Source: a virus
Taxonomy: Duplodnaviria > Caudoviricetes
Length of the DNA stretch: 54,280 nt
Virus record (IMG/VR): IMGVR_UViG_3300037493_002486
Location: 1-54,280 of that record
Strand: one strand, 5' to 3'
In this document: in pieces, positions 1 to 11,100 of the stretch
Layout: each line of letters starts with the position of its first letter
How positions within the stretch are numbered: position 1 is the first letter of the stretch
Notes under the pieces: model-generated
What the model was told of the DNA's origin: nothing
Seen by the model: the letters and a program-made list of their open reading frames with translations, nothing else
The model's database searches: none
Made by a program: the position numbers and the translations under genes

Positions 1-2
1 CC

Positions 3-1043
3 CCTGACAGGCATTTAATCTGTTTTGGTACAGAAGAAACAATTGGCACTATTTCTTCGCAGGATCCTATGTTTGTACGTTTTTCTGACCAAGAGAACAT
101 CGCTGAATTTGAACCTACTGCAACTAACACGGCCGGTGGACAACGGCTCACGGACGGTAATCATATCGTATCTGCCATTCGTTCTCGTGGCCAGATACTT
201 ATCTTTACTGACACTGCGTTACATGGCATGCAGTATGTAGGGCCTCCGTATACATTTGGTTTTTCACAGTTAGGTACAAACTGTGGCTTGATCGGTCCTC
301 ACGCATCAGCTGACGTTAACGGCGTGGCTATGTGGATGGGCGTTGGCGCTTTCTATGTGTTTGACGGTACGGTTAAAAAAATACCTTGTACGGTTCAGGA
401 CTACGTATTTAAAGATTTAAACAAGGTCCAAGGAACAAAAACGCACATGGGTGTAAATTCGGAATACAACGAAGTGACATGGTTTTATTGCTCGTTTACC
501 TCCGATTATATTGACCGCTACGTAACTTACGATTACATAGAAAATGTGTGGTCTATTGGGACAATGGCTAGAACGGCATGGAATGACACAGGAACATTCG
601 ATCAACCAACAGCGTCCGAGTATTTAGCAGACAGTACCGCAACGCCAGTTGGACCGACTGTAAATGGCTTAACCCCAGGACGCTCCCTTATCTATCTACA
701 AGAAATTGGTGCAAATGCAGTGGACCAACCTATTACGGCATTTTTACGCTCTGGCTACTTTGACATAGGCGACGGCGATCAAATGTTGTTTATGAAACGA
801 TTTATTCCTGACTTTAGGAATTTTGTAGGGGATTTAACCATACACTTATTAATGCGTGCATTCCCCGCTGCTACAGCTAGTCCAAGTTCTTTAGACCCTT
901 ATGTGATTAATCCTACTACGGATAAAGTGGACACTCGCGCGCGAGGAAGGCAAATTTCCGTGAGCATGGAAAGTGATACTCTAGACAGTACCTGGCGTTT
1001 TGGTACGTTGCGCGTCGATATTCAACCGGATGGCTTGCGATGA
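3..1043 (+). CDS. Tail nozzle / packaged-DNA stabilization protein (P22 gp10 / tail tubular B-like), 5' truncated
   Basis: Frame is open from the window start (PDRHLICFGTEE...). Beta-rich sequence with a C-terminal RARGRQ...WRFG motif typical of this podophage family. Lies upstream of the putative ejection proteins. Confidence 0.7.
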   Translation, partial: PDRHLICFGTEETIGTISSQDPMFVRFSDQENIAEFEPTATNTAGGQRLTDGNHIVSAIRSRGQILIFTDTALHGMQYVGPPYTFGFSQLGTNCGLIGPHASADVNGVAMWMGVGAFYVFDGTVKKIPCTVQDYVFKDLNKVQGTKTHMGVNSEYNEVTWFYCSFTSDYIDRYVTYDYIENVWSIGTMARTAWNDTGTFDQPTASEYLADSTATPVGPTVNGLTPGRSLIYLQEIGANAVDQPITAFLRSGYFDIGDGDQMLFMKRFIPDFRNFVGDLTIHLLMRAFPAATASPSSLDPYVINPTTDKVDTRARGRQISVSMESDTLDSTWRFGTLRVDIQPDGLR

Positions 1044-1216
1044 GTAAGATTAATAATGTCCGACTACCCAATGCGGTATCTGCACAATATAGTCCACAGC
1101 AGTTTGACCAATTGGTGCGGTCGGTGGAGCAGATTGTACTGCAGCTTAACAGTAATTACACCCCTAACGTAACCGAGGATAAGGGCGAGGCTATGACCTG
1201 GTTCTTTAGCAGCTAA
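1040..1216 (+). CDS. Small hypothetical virion-associated protein (58 aa, not in ORF track)
   Basis: ATG overlaps the upstream TGA. Reads MSKINNVRLPNA...AMTWFFSS. Its stop overlaps the next ATG. Confidence 0.7.
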   Translation: MSKINNVRLPNAVSAQYSPQQFDQLVRSVEQIVLQLNSNYTPNVTEDKGEAMTWFFSS

Positions 1217-1554
1217 TGGCAAACTTATACAAACGGTATTACAAAGCTTTTTCCGGAGCTACGACAGAGGACATATTGACCGTTCCTGCGGCTACAACGG
1301 CAATTGTAAAATCAATTATTGTATCTAATACAACCGGTTCTTCTATTAATGTGACTGCAGCATTTTCCCCACTAGGAACAGGTACCATGACGGTTGCTCC
1401 TGCCTTAGCCGTAGCTACCAATAGTTACATAGACCTATTGGCAGGAAAAGTAGCCGGGCCTTTGATACTAGAGGCCACGGATATTTTAAAAATTACTTCA
1501 TCAGCAGCTAATTTAAATGTGACTGTTTCTGCAATGCTTGTAGACAGAAGCTAG
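1216..1554 (+). CDS. Small beta-rich structural protein
   Basis: 112 aa with TVPAATTAIVKSI; resembles 52503..52829. Translationally coupled to the upstream gene. Confidence 0.6.
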   Translation: MANLYKRYYKAFSGATTEDILTVPAATTAIVKSIIVSNTTGSSINVTAAFSPLGTGTMTVAPALAVATNSYIDLLAGKVAGPLILEATDILKITSSAANLNVTVSAMLVDRS

Positions 1555-1641
1555 TAAAATAGCTCATAATTACAACATCTTCGCCTCCTTTACTGAGGTG
1601 CGGCCCTGTGAGGCCATTTATGTATTTGGGAAAGGTTAAAC

Positions 1642-3579
1642 ATGGCAGAAGAAATGCAGGGTATTATGGGTCTGGCGGAAGGCCAACCACAACAGGCAGG
1701 CGGTCAAATTGACCCGTCTAAGTTCAGTCCGATTATTGAAAGCTACGCGAAGAACAGCCCTCGCGAGTTCAGTAAAGACATTTTAGCTGGTATTGCGGAA
1801 GTAGACCCTGCATTGGCAGATAAATTTATCCGTGAACTGGCCGCAATGAACCTGTCCCAAGAAGTTATTGACGCATTGCAGGAAATGGTAGACGGTATCC
1901 TTGCCGCTCCTGAGGACTATGCGGAAGACCGGAAAGGGCTGCTTGCAGAGGGCGTGCCAGAAGATTTACTTCCAGAGCAATTTGACCCGGCCTTCTTTGC
2001 CGCATTTAATCTAGCCCTTGATCAATTAGAAACACAACAAGCTGCTGTTACGCCTGCTGTCCCTGCTTTTGCAGATGGCGGAATTATCAATGTTAAATCA
2101 ATTGCAAAAGAACTGGCCGCAATGGGCCGTGGTGGCGACACCATGCTTGCGCACATTACACCAGAAGAAGCGGGCCTTTTACGCAGGCGCGGCGGTAGCG
2201 GCACAATCAACCGTAATACTGGTCTTCGCGAATTCGGTTTCCTTAAAAAAGCCTTTAAAAAAATCGGTAAGGCAGTAAAAGGCGTTGCAAAAGGTATTGG
2301 TAAGGTAGTAAAAGGTATTACAAGCAGCACTATTGGTAAGATTATTCTTACCATGGCCGCCGTATACTTTATGGGACCTGCTGGTTTTAACTTAGCAACA
2401 AATATGGGAATTACAAATGCGGCTTTGGCAACGGGTGTAAATACCTTTGCAGGCAGTACGCTTGTAAACCTTGCTTCTGGTCAAAAAATAGGCCAAGCCA
2501 TTAAAGGCGGTATCATTGCAGGTGCAACGGCAGGTGCCGTATCAGGTGCGATGAACTACTTTAATCCTCCTACTCCGGCTCCCATTACAGAAGGCAGCTT
2601 TAATCCTGTTAATACGCCGGATGTGACTACATACGATATATCCCAAGGTGTACAAGGCGCTCAAGGTCTTGAAGGTATTCAAGGCATTCCTATGGATAAT
2701 CCCATAATGGCCCCAACTCCAATGCCTACTGCTAGTGTGCCGACGCCTCCAGCTCCTACTCCAGTGGCTTCTCCTGTAAACGCAGCTCCTCCTGTAAATG
2801 CAGCTCCTTCTGTAAACGCAGCCCCTCAAATAGGCGCAGCTCCAGCCCCTATTGTAGAAGGTTCCTTTACTCCTAATGCTGCATACCAACCACCGCCTCC
2901 TCCTGGCGTGATGGACTTAATCAAAGAAGGCAAGTACGGTGACGCCGCTTCTGCTGCGTATAAAACTATTTCACCTTCTGCTATTCAAGAGCAGGGCACT
3001 GCAGCTGCACAAAAAGCGGGCATGGATGCAATTAAGACACTTCCTGCTGGTACTCCAAACGCTGTAATAAGCAGTGTGTACGAAAAAGCTTACACGGCAG
3101 CAATGCCAGGCATGTTATCTACCTACGGCCCTATAGCCGCGGTTGGTCTAGGGGCAGCCTATTTAGGCGGTGCATTTAAACCTATTCCAGCAACGCCTCC
3201 TGCTAATATAGACATGTTCAAAACCACAGGGTCTGACTTACTGGCCCAAGACCCGTCCAAGTATGGGCTTAGCTTCGGCGGAACAAATACAACGTATGGC
3301 TCAAACCCATACGAACAGATGTATTCTGCCTACAAAACAGTGCCATCGCCTGTTCCTCTTGCTAAAGGTGGTATTGCTTCACTTGAGGATTTTCCTCGTA
3401 AAAACGGCCCGATTAGCGGTCCAGGTACCGGTACTTCTGATTCTGTTCCAGCGATGTTATCGGACGGTGAATTTGTATTTACGGCCAGGGCAGTACGTGC
3501 CATGGGCCAAGGATCACGTAGAAAAGGCGCTAAACGCATGTACGCCTTAATGAAACAACTTGAGGCAAAGGGGAAGTAA
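1642..3579 (+). CDS. Putative internal virion / DNA ejection protein
   Basis: Has the GRGGDTMLAHITPEEA and GPGTGTSDSVPAMLSDGEFV blocks seen in podophage internal proteins, hydrophobic Gly/Ala segments and a Pro-rich linker. RBS GGAAAGG. Confidence 0.6.
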   Translation: MAEEMQGIMGLAEGQPQQAGGQIDPSKFSPIIESYAKNSPREFSKDILAGIAEVDPALADKFIRELAAMNLSQEVIDALQEMVDGILAAPEDYAEDRKGLLAEGVPEDLLPEQFDPAFFAAFNLALDQLETQQAAVTPAVPAFADGGIINVKSIAKELAAMGRGGDTMLAHITPEEAGLLRRRGGSGTINRNTGLREFGFLKKAFKKIGKAVKGVAKGIGKVVKGITSSTIGKIILTMAAVYFMGPAGFNLATNMGITNAALATGVNTFAGSTLVNLASGQKIGQAIKGGIIAGATAGAVSGAMNYFNPPTPAPITEGSFNPVNTPDVTTYDISQGVQGAQGLEGIQGIPMDNPIMAPTPMPTASVPTPPAPTPVASPVNAAPPVNAAPSVNAAPQIGAAPAPIVEGSFTPNAAYQPPPPPGVMDLIKEGKYGDAASAAYKTISPSAIQEQGTAAAQKAGMDAIKTLPAGTPNAVISSVYEKAYTAAMPGMLSTYGPIAAVGLGAAYLGGAFKPIPATPPANIDMFKTTGSDLLAQDPSKYGLSFGGTNTTYGSNPYEQMYSAYKTVPSPVPLAKGGIASLEDFPRKNGPISGPGTGTSDSVPAMLSDGEFVFTARAVRAMGQGSRRKGAKRMYALMKQLEAKGK

Positions 3580-6210
3580 ATGGCCGAGGAAATTAGCACC
3601 CAGATTGTACGGGAAGCTCCCGAAATTGAGGCCTATAAACTAGGTCTCTTAAAAGAAGCCCAAGGACTCTACAATGAGCCATTAAACCTACCTGCGTATG
3701 AGGCAGCGGGCTTATCCCCAGGCACCAACCAAGCCATAGACCTTGCTAGACAAGGTATTGGCGCTTATCAACCTTATTTAGACGCTGCTTCTCAAGGTAT
3801 TACACAGGGCCAGAACGTAGCTCAACAAGGTGCAAATGTAGCTGCGGGTGTAAACACAGCGCCTGCTTTTGCCAATGCGCAAGGCATCATGAACCAAGGT
3901 GTTACTGCTGCCGGAGGTATCGGCCAAGCGGCTAACCTAGCAGGTAATTACTTGCAAGCTGATTTAAATCAGTCGCAAGGTGTATTGGGCCGTGCCTCAG
4001 GCATAGCTGAAAATGCACTTGTTGCGGGTATACCGTCACAAGGGGCCGCCCTAGATACACTAGGACAAGGCATAGGTGCATACGGGCAAATGGCAGGAGG
4101 CGCCGCTGCACAAGGGACTGCTTTAAATACCGCAGGACAAGGCTTAAATGCCTATAACCAAATGGCATCGGGTGTTGCCGGTCAAGCATTAGGCCAAGGC
4201 CTTGTTGGCAGGGGAACAGAACGTTTCGATCAAATGGTAACCGCTGCAACGCCTGCCTTAACGCAAGGGCAGTCATATATTGGCCAAGGCATGTCAACGG
4301 CAAATCAGGTAGCTGCCGCAGGACTGCCCTCACAATACATTGGTCAAGGAATGGTTGGGCAAGGTGCAAATGCTTACGGTCAAATGGCAGGAGGTGCTGC
4401 AGCACAGGGCACTGGACAAGGCTTAGTGGGCCAAGGTGCGGGCTTAGCCGGACAAATGGTATCTTCTGCAATGCCTGCCATAGAGCAAGGCCAAGGCACT
4501 GTAGGAAGAGGTATTCAAACTGCAGGTCAAATATCCGCTGCAGGATTACCTGCACAACAAACAGGACAAAACCTCGTGGCCCAAGGCGCTGGATTGGCTG
4601 GCCAGATGGTTGGAACGGGGATCACGGCCCAGGAAAGGGGATTAGGTGCTGTTGAACAAGGCATTGCCGGACTAGGGCAGGCCTCTAGAGCATACGACCC
4701 TGCGTCGGCGCAGGCCTTTATGAATCCGTATCAGCAACAGGTCACGGATAAAGCACTTCAAGAAATGCGTCGTCAGGCAGACATCGCGGCCCAAGGAACA
4801 GCAGCTCAAGCAGTTCGTTCAGGCGCGTTTGGCGGTACACGTGAAGGCGTGCAACGTGCTGAACAAGAGCGTAATCTACAGGACTTGATGTCACAACGTG
4901 TCTTCCAGGACATGGCCGCTAATTACGGTCAGGCACAGGCCGCTGGCATGACCACCTTTGAGCAAGCACGTCAACGTGAATTGGCCGCCGCTCAAGGCAC
5001 TATTGGCGCAGGTACTGCGCTTGGTGGCCTAGGCACTAACGCGGCTAATATATACGGCCAAGCTGGCCAGCAATTAACTCAAGCAGGCACTGCAACCGGC
5101 GCTTTAGGTGCACAAGCGGCTAATATCCTGGCTAACCAAGCAGGTCTTGAGGGCACTCTTGGGACTCAACAAGGCGCGCTAGGAGCACAGGCTGCCAACG
5201 TCTACGGACAGGCCAGTCAGAACCTAACAAATGCCGGTCAAGCCACGGGGGCCTTGGGTGTCAATGAAGCCAATATATATGGTCAAATGGGTCAGGGACT
5301 TACACAGGCTGGTACGGCTACGGGTGCTTTAGGTGCGCAGGCATCTAATATCCTTGCTAATCAGGCAGGCCTACAAGGTACTCTAGGTTCTCAACAAGGT
5401 GCTTTAGGTTCTCAAGTGGCCAACATATACGGTCAATCTGGTCAAAACTTCACGAATGCTGGCCAAGTCGCCGGTGCTTTGGGGGTTAATGAAGCTAATA
5501 TATACGGCAACATGGGTCAAGGTATTACCAATGTAGGCCAGTTACAAGGGTCATTAGGCCTGAATCAGGCCAATATATACGGCAACATGGGTCAGGGCTT
5601 GACGCAAGCAGGGGCTACACAAAGTAACGTGGGCACTGCCGCTGCTAATATATACGGTAATGTGGCTAATACGACTGCTAATATAGGCAATACACTAGGT
5701 AATCAAGCTATTCAAAATGCTCAACTAGGCCAGTCTGGTGTATCTAATATGGGCAACTTATCTGCCTCACAAGCTGCTACACTAGGTAATCTAGGTCAAG
5801 GTATCGGTGCATTGGGCTCTCAATCTGCTACCGTAGACTTGAACAAAGCTGGCACCTTGTCTAATATAGGTACTAATATTGCCAGCATGGGTACACAACA
5901 GGGACAAATAGGCGAAGCTACTCAACGTGCCGGAATTAATGACGTTAACCTATTGTCAGGCATTGGCGCTATTGAGCAGCAAAATGCTCAAAACCAAATG
6001 GATGCGATTCGTAATACGCAACTTCAAGAAACAATGTCACCGTATCAACAACTAGGGTTTGTATCCGATATATACAAAAATGCGCCAACTAGTCAGATGT
6101 CCCTGACCTCTGCTAGTGCACCTAGCCCTTCTACCTTCCAAACGGTAGCAGGTACGGTGCTTGGTGGTGTTACAACAGCAGCTGCAGCAAGTAAAGCCGG
6201 TTTATTCTAA
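3580..6210 (+). CDS. Putative DNA ejection (pilot) protein with two arrays of 24-25 aa Gly/Gln/Ala repeats
   Basis: Central FMNPYQQQV...GAFGGTR block flanked by repeat arrays; adjacent to other internal virion genes. Confidence 0.6.
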   Translation: MAEEISTQIVREAPEIEAYKLGLLKEAQGLYNEPLNLPAYEAAGLSPGTNQAIDLARQGIGAYQPYLDAASQGITQGQNVAQQGANVAAGVNTAPAFANAQGIMNQGVTAAGGIGQAANLAGNYLQADLNQSQGVLGRASGIAENALVAGIPSQGAALDTLGQGIGAYGQMAGGAAAQGTALNTAGQGLNAYNQMASGVAGQALGQGLVGRGTERFDQMVTAATPALTQGQSYIGQGMSTANQVAAAGLPSQYIGQGMVGQGANAYGQMAGGAAAQGTGQGLVGQGAGLAGQMVSSAMPAIEQGQGTVGRGIQTAGQISAAGLPAQQTGQNLVAQGAGLAGQMVGTGITAQERGLGAVEQGIAGLGQASRAYDPASAQAFMNPYQQQVTDKALQEMRRQADIAAQGTAAQAVRSGAFGGTREGVQRAEQERNLQDLMSQRVFQDMAANYGQAQAAGMTTFEQARQRELAAAQGTIGAGTALGGLGTNAANIYGQAGQQLTQAGTATGALGAQAANILANQAGLEGTLGTQQGALGAQAANVYGQASQNLTNAGQATGALGVNEANIYGQMGQGLTQAGTATGALGAQASNILANQAGLQGTLGSQQGALGSQVANIYGQSGQNFTNAGQVAGALGVNEANIYGNMGQGITNVGQLQGSLGLNQANIYGNMGQGLTQAGATQSNVGTAAANIYGNVANTTANIGNTLGNQAIQNAQLGQSGVSNMGNLSASQAATLGNLGQGIGALGSQSATVDLNKAGTLSNIGTNIASMGTQQGQIGEATQRAGINDVNLLSGIGAIEQQNAQNQMDAIRNTQLQETMSPYQQLGFVSDIYKNAPTSQMSLTSASAPSPSTFQTVAGTVLGGVTTAAAASKAGLF

Positions 6211-6219
6211 GGAAATACC

Positions 6220-8157
6220 ATGAAATCTAAAATAACAGATCGACCTATGTTTAAAAAACCAGTAGATGAGACTGACGTAGAAAACGTCGGCATCATGCAA
6301 GGCTTTATGGATGCCATGGAGGAGGACGACAGCGAAGACGAATACGAAATGGACGATAACGAGGCGTCGAAAGTAGCCGATCGTCGTCCTAATTCACCAG
6401 AGATTCTGATGAATAACCTTCGTGGTGACATGCGCTCTATCGATGCGCGGGTCGAGGAGCTTGCTGACTTAGTGGGTTACAACGCTGCGGCAGACACCCC
6501 AGAAGACGTGCTTGCCTTATTGCAACCAGTACTAGCACAGCAACAAGGTGCTCCAATGCCTCCACAAGGCGGTATTCCTGCTGCAATGCCACAAAGCATG
6601 CCAGGTATGGAACAAGCAATGCCAATGCCTGCAGATGCAGGTATGGGTGGCATCGGTGCGTTGCCCACGGACCAAGGAGCAATGCCTCAAGAACCAGTGG
6701 CCATGGCCCGCGGTGGATACGTACAGCATTTTAGAGATGGGACCGCAGAGGATGGCGTAACCCCTATGGAAGATACATCCTCATATAACTACCCTGCTGA
6801 CTGGAAAGCAGCTGCTCAGTATATGGTAGAACAAGACATGCTTAGGAAGCCTCTTGCAGTGCCTGATTTAAAAAAGGGCATGGAATCTCGTATTCCTTTG
6901 TATCAAAGCTTACTTGGTGTAGATAAAAACCAGTCTCAAGCGCAGATGTTGGCAGAACTAGGCAATCGTGCATTTAACTACGCTGCAAACGTAGACGATC
7001 AAGGTCGTCCTTTACGTGGTTCTGGCATGGCTCGTTTTGCTGGTGCTGTTCGTACCTTGCCTACCGCTATGACCGCTATTGCTGCAGAAGCTGAAAAACA
7101 AAATCGCGCTGTTAAAGTGGCCGCTCTTCAGGCCACTGAAAAAGACATTCAAGATACTCGTGAAGAAAACACTAAACTCATCAATGGTCAGCGTACTATG
7201 TGGAGAGAAGTATTTAAACAAAGCATGAAGGATTCTGGTGATAAAGGGTTTGGTAGCGGAGTAGAAGGCGCAGCTCATACTACCCTATACAAATATGCTC
7301 CAGCCTATGCAAATGGTACTTTGAGCGAAGAGCTTTCACGTAAGTTTGAATCTGCTTTACAGATTATTCAGACTCCTACTCAATTTAATAACCCATACAC
7401 CGGTAACATAGAGACTAGAACACCTAAACTTCCTGAGTACGTGACCTCGGCTATTTCAGCACGTCAAAAACTATCCGGGCTTACTCCTAAAGTAACTCCT
7501 CCTAGTGTTGAAGTCCCAGGTACAGTTCCAGGTACAGTTCCTAGTGGTGCGTCGGGTGAGATCCCTGCGGCTGACTTACCCGCATTGCAACAAGCAGCTC
7601 AAAATGGCGATGCAAATGCTCAAAAAACGCTTCTTGCAGCTCAGCGAAAACCTACGTCTTTATGGTCCTTATCCGGATCAATAACGGGTCCGGTATCTGC
7701 ATTGCAGGCAGGTGCTGCAAGGGTTCCTGGACAAGGCGGTTCTTTTTCAGATGTGACCCAGGCTCGCGCATATTCTCAAACAGCTATTAATGGCATAGTA
7801 TCTGCACTTAGAACTACCGATAGGTTTGGTAATTCAGAACGCGAAGAAATTAAAAAAGACTTAGGCCTTGTGCCACAGTTATTTGATGACCCTGCTGCAT
7901 TACGAAATAGGCTAATTGGGATTGGGGACTTTATTGAACAAGAAAGAGTTCTTGCGGAACGTCAATTACAAAACCAGGATCTTCCTGTAGAATTACGTAA
8001 AACAGTGGCTACTCGCCTAGAAGAAATGAAAAGTGCAATTAAAATCCTGGGTCTACCACCTAAGATATATTCAGTAGAAGAAGCCGCCAAACTAGGCCCT
8101 GATGTTGAATTTTTGTGGAATGGTAATACTCCAATGAGGACAAAAAATGTCAGATAA
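6220..8157 (+). CDS. Putative internal virion / ejection protein
   Basis: 645-aa helical protein with N-terminal RPMF and a MARGG motif; position in the ejection cluster. Confidence 0.5.
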   Translation: MKSKITDRPMFKKPVDETDVENVGIMQGFMDAMEEDDSEDEYEMDDNEASKVADRRPNSPEILMNNLRGDMRSIDARVEELADLVGYNAAADTPEDVLALLQPVLAQQQGAPMPPQGGIPAAMPQSMPGMEQAMPMPADAGMGGIGALPTDQGAMPQEPVAMARGGYVQHFRDGTAEDGVTPMEDTSSYNYPADWKAAAQYMVEQDMLRKPLAVPDLKKGMESRIPLYQSLLGVDKNQSQAQMLAELGNRAFNYAANVDDQGRPLRGSGMARFAGAVRTLPTAMTAIAAEAEKQNRAVKVAALQATEKDIQDTREENTKLINGQRTMWREVFKQSMKDSGDKGFGSGVEGAAHTTLYKYAPAYANGTLSEELSRKFESALQIIQTPTQFNNPYTGNIETRTPKLPEYVTSAISARQKLSGLTPKVTPPSVEVPGTVPGTVPSGASGEIPAADLPALQQAAQNGDANAQKTLLAAQRKPTSLWSLSGSITGPVSALQAGAARVPGQGGSFSDVTQARAYSQTAINGIVSALRTTDRFGNSEREEIKKDLGLVPQLFDDPAALRNRLIGIGDFIEQERVLAERQLQNQDLPVELRKTVATRLEEMKSAIKILGLPPKIYSVEEAAKLGPDVEFLWNGNTPMRTKNVR

Positions 8158-11100
8158 TACTCGCCCTGCTCGTTCTATTGAGGATATTGCGTCTCCAATT
8201 AGTGATCCTGGAATGATAGACCAGTTAGTTAATGGCGCTGGCGATTCTACACAAGGTCCTTCTATCTCAGATATAGCTGTTGCCGTAGAGCCTACTGGCG
8301 CCGAAAAAATACGTGAGATTGGATACGGCACTGCAGAAGGTGCTATTCAAGGCGGAACAGCTATGAGTGGGGCACTTATGGGCGCACGTACTGCAGCGGC
8401 TATAACCCCTCCTATTCTACCTGTAGTAGGCCCATTGGCTAAACCCATTGCGGCTACTATTGGATTTGGCGCAGGCTTAACTGCAGGCATGTTGGCTACA
8501 CAAGATGTCAACCAGTTATTTCCAGATGTACCTAGAGAAGACTTAATTCCTTATCGTGAAGGCGGCAAGACATTCGGTGAGTCAATAGCTGCAGCTCCTG
8601 TTGCATTTGGCATTCCTGTCATGAATGCCAACCGAGTAGCACGTTTCATGTCTGGTATTGGTGAAGCAGCACGTAAGTATCCTAAGTCTTATTTCATTTC
8701 TGAGATAATGGGTGGAGCGGGTGCAGGTATTGCAGGGGGTAGTTCTGAGGCATATTTCCCAGGAGAGGCTGGTCCTCGCTTTGGTGCAGAAGTTGTAGGT
8801 GGATTTTTTAGCCCAGGACGTTTCTTAGTCAGCACTGTCGGCGCGGTAAAAGATTTTACAAAAACAATGATGAGTAGTATGTCTGCGGATGCCCGTGAAA
8901 CACGTGCTGCAAATGCCTTATATACCTTATTAAATAATGTAGGCACCGATGTACCTGCCCTTATTACAAAACTAGAAACATCTGTTCCTGCAGGTGTAAC
9001 CACTTCTTCTGCTCAAAAAACAGGTGAAGCTGGACTAGTAATGTTGGAAACAACTCTAGCCAGAGGCAACGCTAAATACGGTGCAGAAGTAGCAGAAAAA
9101 GGTCTACAGTCAATACAGGCCTATGAAAAACTAATTGGCAAACTACGTGATATTGGAACTCCAGAAGCCTTACGTAAAGCTGCCGAAATAGAGTCTGCAA
9201 ACTTTGAGGCCTTATTAGATGGCCGCATGGCTCTTGCTGATGCAGATGCAGCGGCTAAGATTGCCAAAATAACTAAAGATACCCCTCAAGCCCGTGTTGA
9301 AATAGGTCAAATTGTCCGTTCTGAAACAGAACGTGCTCTTGCGGATGCGCGTATGCAAGAAAGAGCTTTGTGGCTAGATGCTTTTAAAGGTTCTTTCCGT
9401 AAAAAAACTGTAAAAGGCGAGAAAGTAATAGCCTTACAGACCGTAGATCCAACTAACACAGGCACTTCATTCTTGGACATTGCGTCTTCTATGACGCCTG
9501 AGCGCTTTAAATATAGAATGCCTCCAGAAGTTAAGTCAATCATGGACCGTCTTGGCGTAGATGAAGAAGCCATTGCTAAATATACTGCTGGCAAACAGAC
9601 TCAAGAATACCTGGATACAGGCATTGTTCCCGCCCAGTATCTAACAAAACAAGACGGTCGTAAGAACATATCCGTATTTAAAAAGACAGATGTACAAGAC
9701 CTTATCAATGTCCGTAGTGACCTATTAGCATTTGCTCGTGATGCTTCTTCTAAAGGCGATGTGTCCAATGCGGGCTTCTATGGCCGTTTGGCAGAGTCTG
9801 TATTAGACGACCTGTCTGCAATGAAGAACCCTGCCTACGATAAGGCACGTCAATTCTCTCGTACATTGAACGATTACTTTACCCGTTCGTATGCTGGTGA
9901 TTTAGTTGCCGTAAACAAAAAAGGTGCGGATAAACTTCCTCCTGAAATCCTTGTAGCAAGAGCCTTTGGCAGCGGAGCAGACGTGACGGCTCACCGCATG
10001 GCTGATATTGAAGATGCTGTGGGAATGATGGGCGCTCAATATGATGACGCAGTAGCCAAGTTTGGTAAAAACAGCGCACAAGCTAAAGCGCTAGAAAGCA
10101 CTGCAAATCTATCTAAACAAGGTGTTGTATCCATCCGCGATGCACAAGGCCGTGCCCTTCGCTTAGCAGCAGCAAAATCAATTGACCCTATTACTGGTCG
10201 CGTTAACCCAAAACAATTGGCTACTTTCGTTGCTGAAAACAAAGGCATGCTTGATCGCTTGCAAATCACTACTGATTTGTCTGATGCAGTAAAAGCAGAG
10301 AATGCCTTCCGTGCAATGGAGAATACAAATAGCGTTGCCCGTAAAACCATGGAACAACAGGCTGCATTTGCTCAAGTGCTTAAGTTTGAGAATCCTACTG
10401 CTGCCGTTACCGACGCGTTAAATAGTCGTTATCCAGTCAAGAGCTTTAACAACATTGTTACGCTGGCTAAGACAGGTGGACCTGAGGCAATACAGGGATT
10501 AAAAGCCAGTATATATGACTATGCGTTCCTTAAAGCAGGTGGTGAATCAGGCTTTAGTCCTTCGGCATTTAACAAGGCCATATTCTCTCCAATGGCGCCA
10601 GGCCAACCATCCTTATTCAATATCCTACGCAGCCAAGGCGTAATCGATCTTACAGAGGCCACAAACCTTCGTAAGTTGATTAATCCTATGCAGAACATTG
10701 AAAAGGCAATGAAAAACAACAAGCTTACTGATGAGGTAGTTCAAGGTGCAGATGCCTTAACTGAATTGGCATTGCGTGTTACTGGTGCTAAATTAGGTAC
10801 GGCCTTGACTCCAGGCGGCAATAGTCTTGTGGCGTCTTCTGCCGGTTCTAAATACGTCCGTAAACAGTTCGATAAATTACCTACATTCATGGTAAAAGGC
10901 ATTATCGAAAAGGCTACACAAGACCCTCAGTTAATGGCTTTGTTGCTTAAACGTGGCGCTACACAGCGGGAGAAATTCCAGATATCGCGTCAGTTGCATT
11001 CTTACTTGACGGCAGCTGGTTTAAACTTTGCACAGCAAGATGACGAGCCAATGCCGGCAGAAGAAAGAGCACGTCCAGGGCTGCAGTTCACTGACCAGCA

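Noticed and set aside
3932-4555. Long antisense ORF (207 aa) and similar shadow ORFs inside large genes
   Set aside because: They lie fully within well-supported genes on the other strand or frame and have no motifs.
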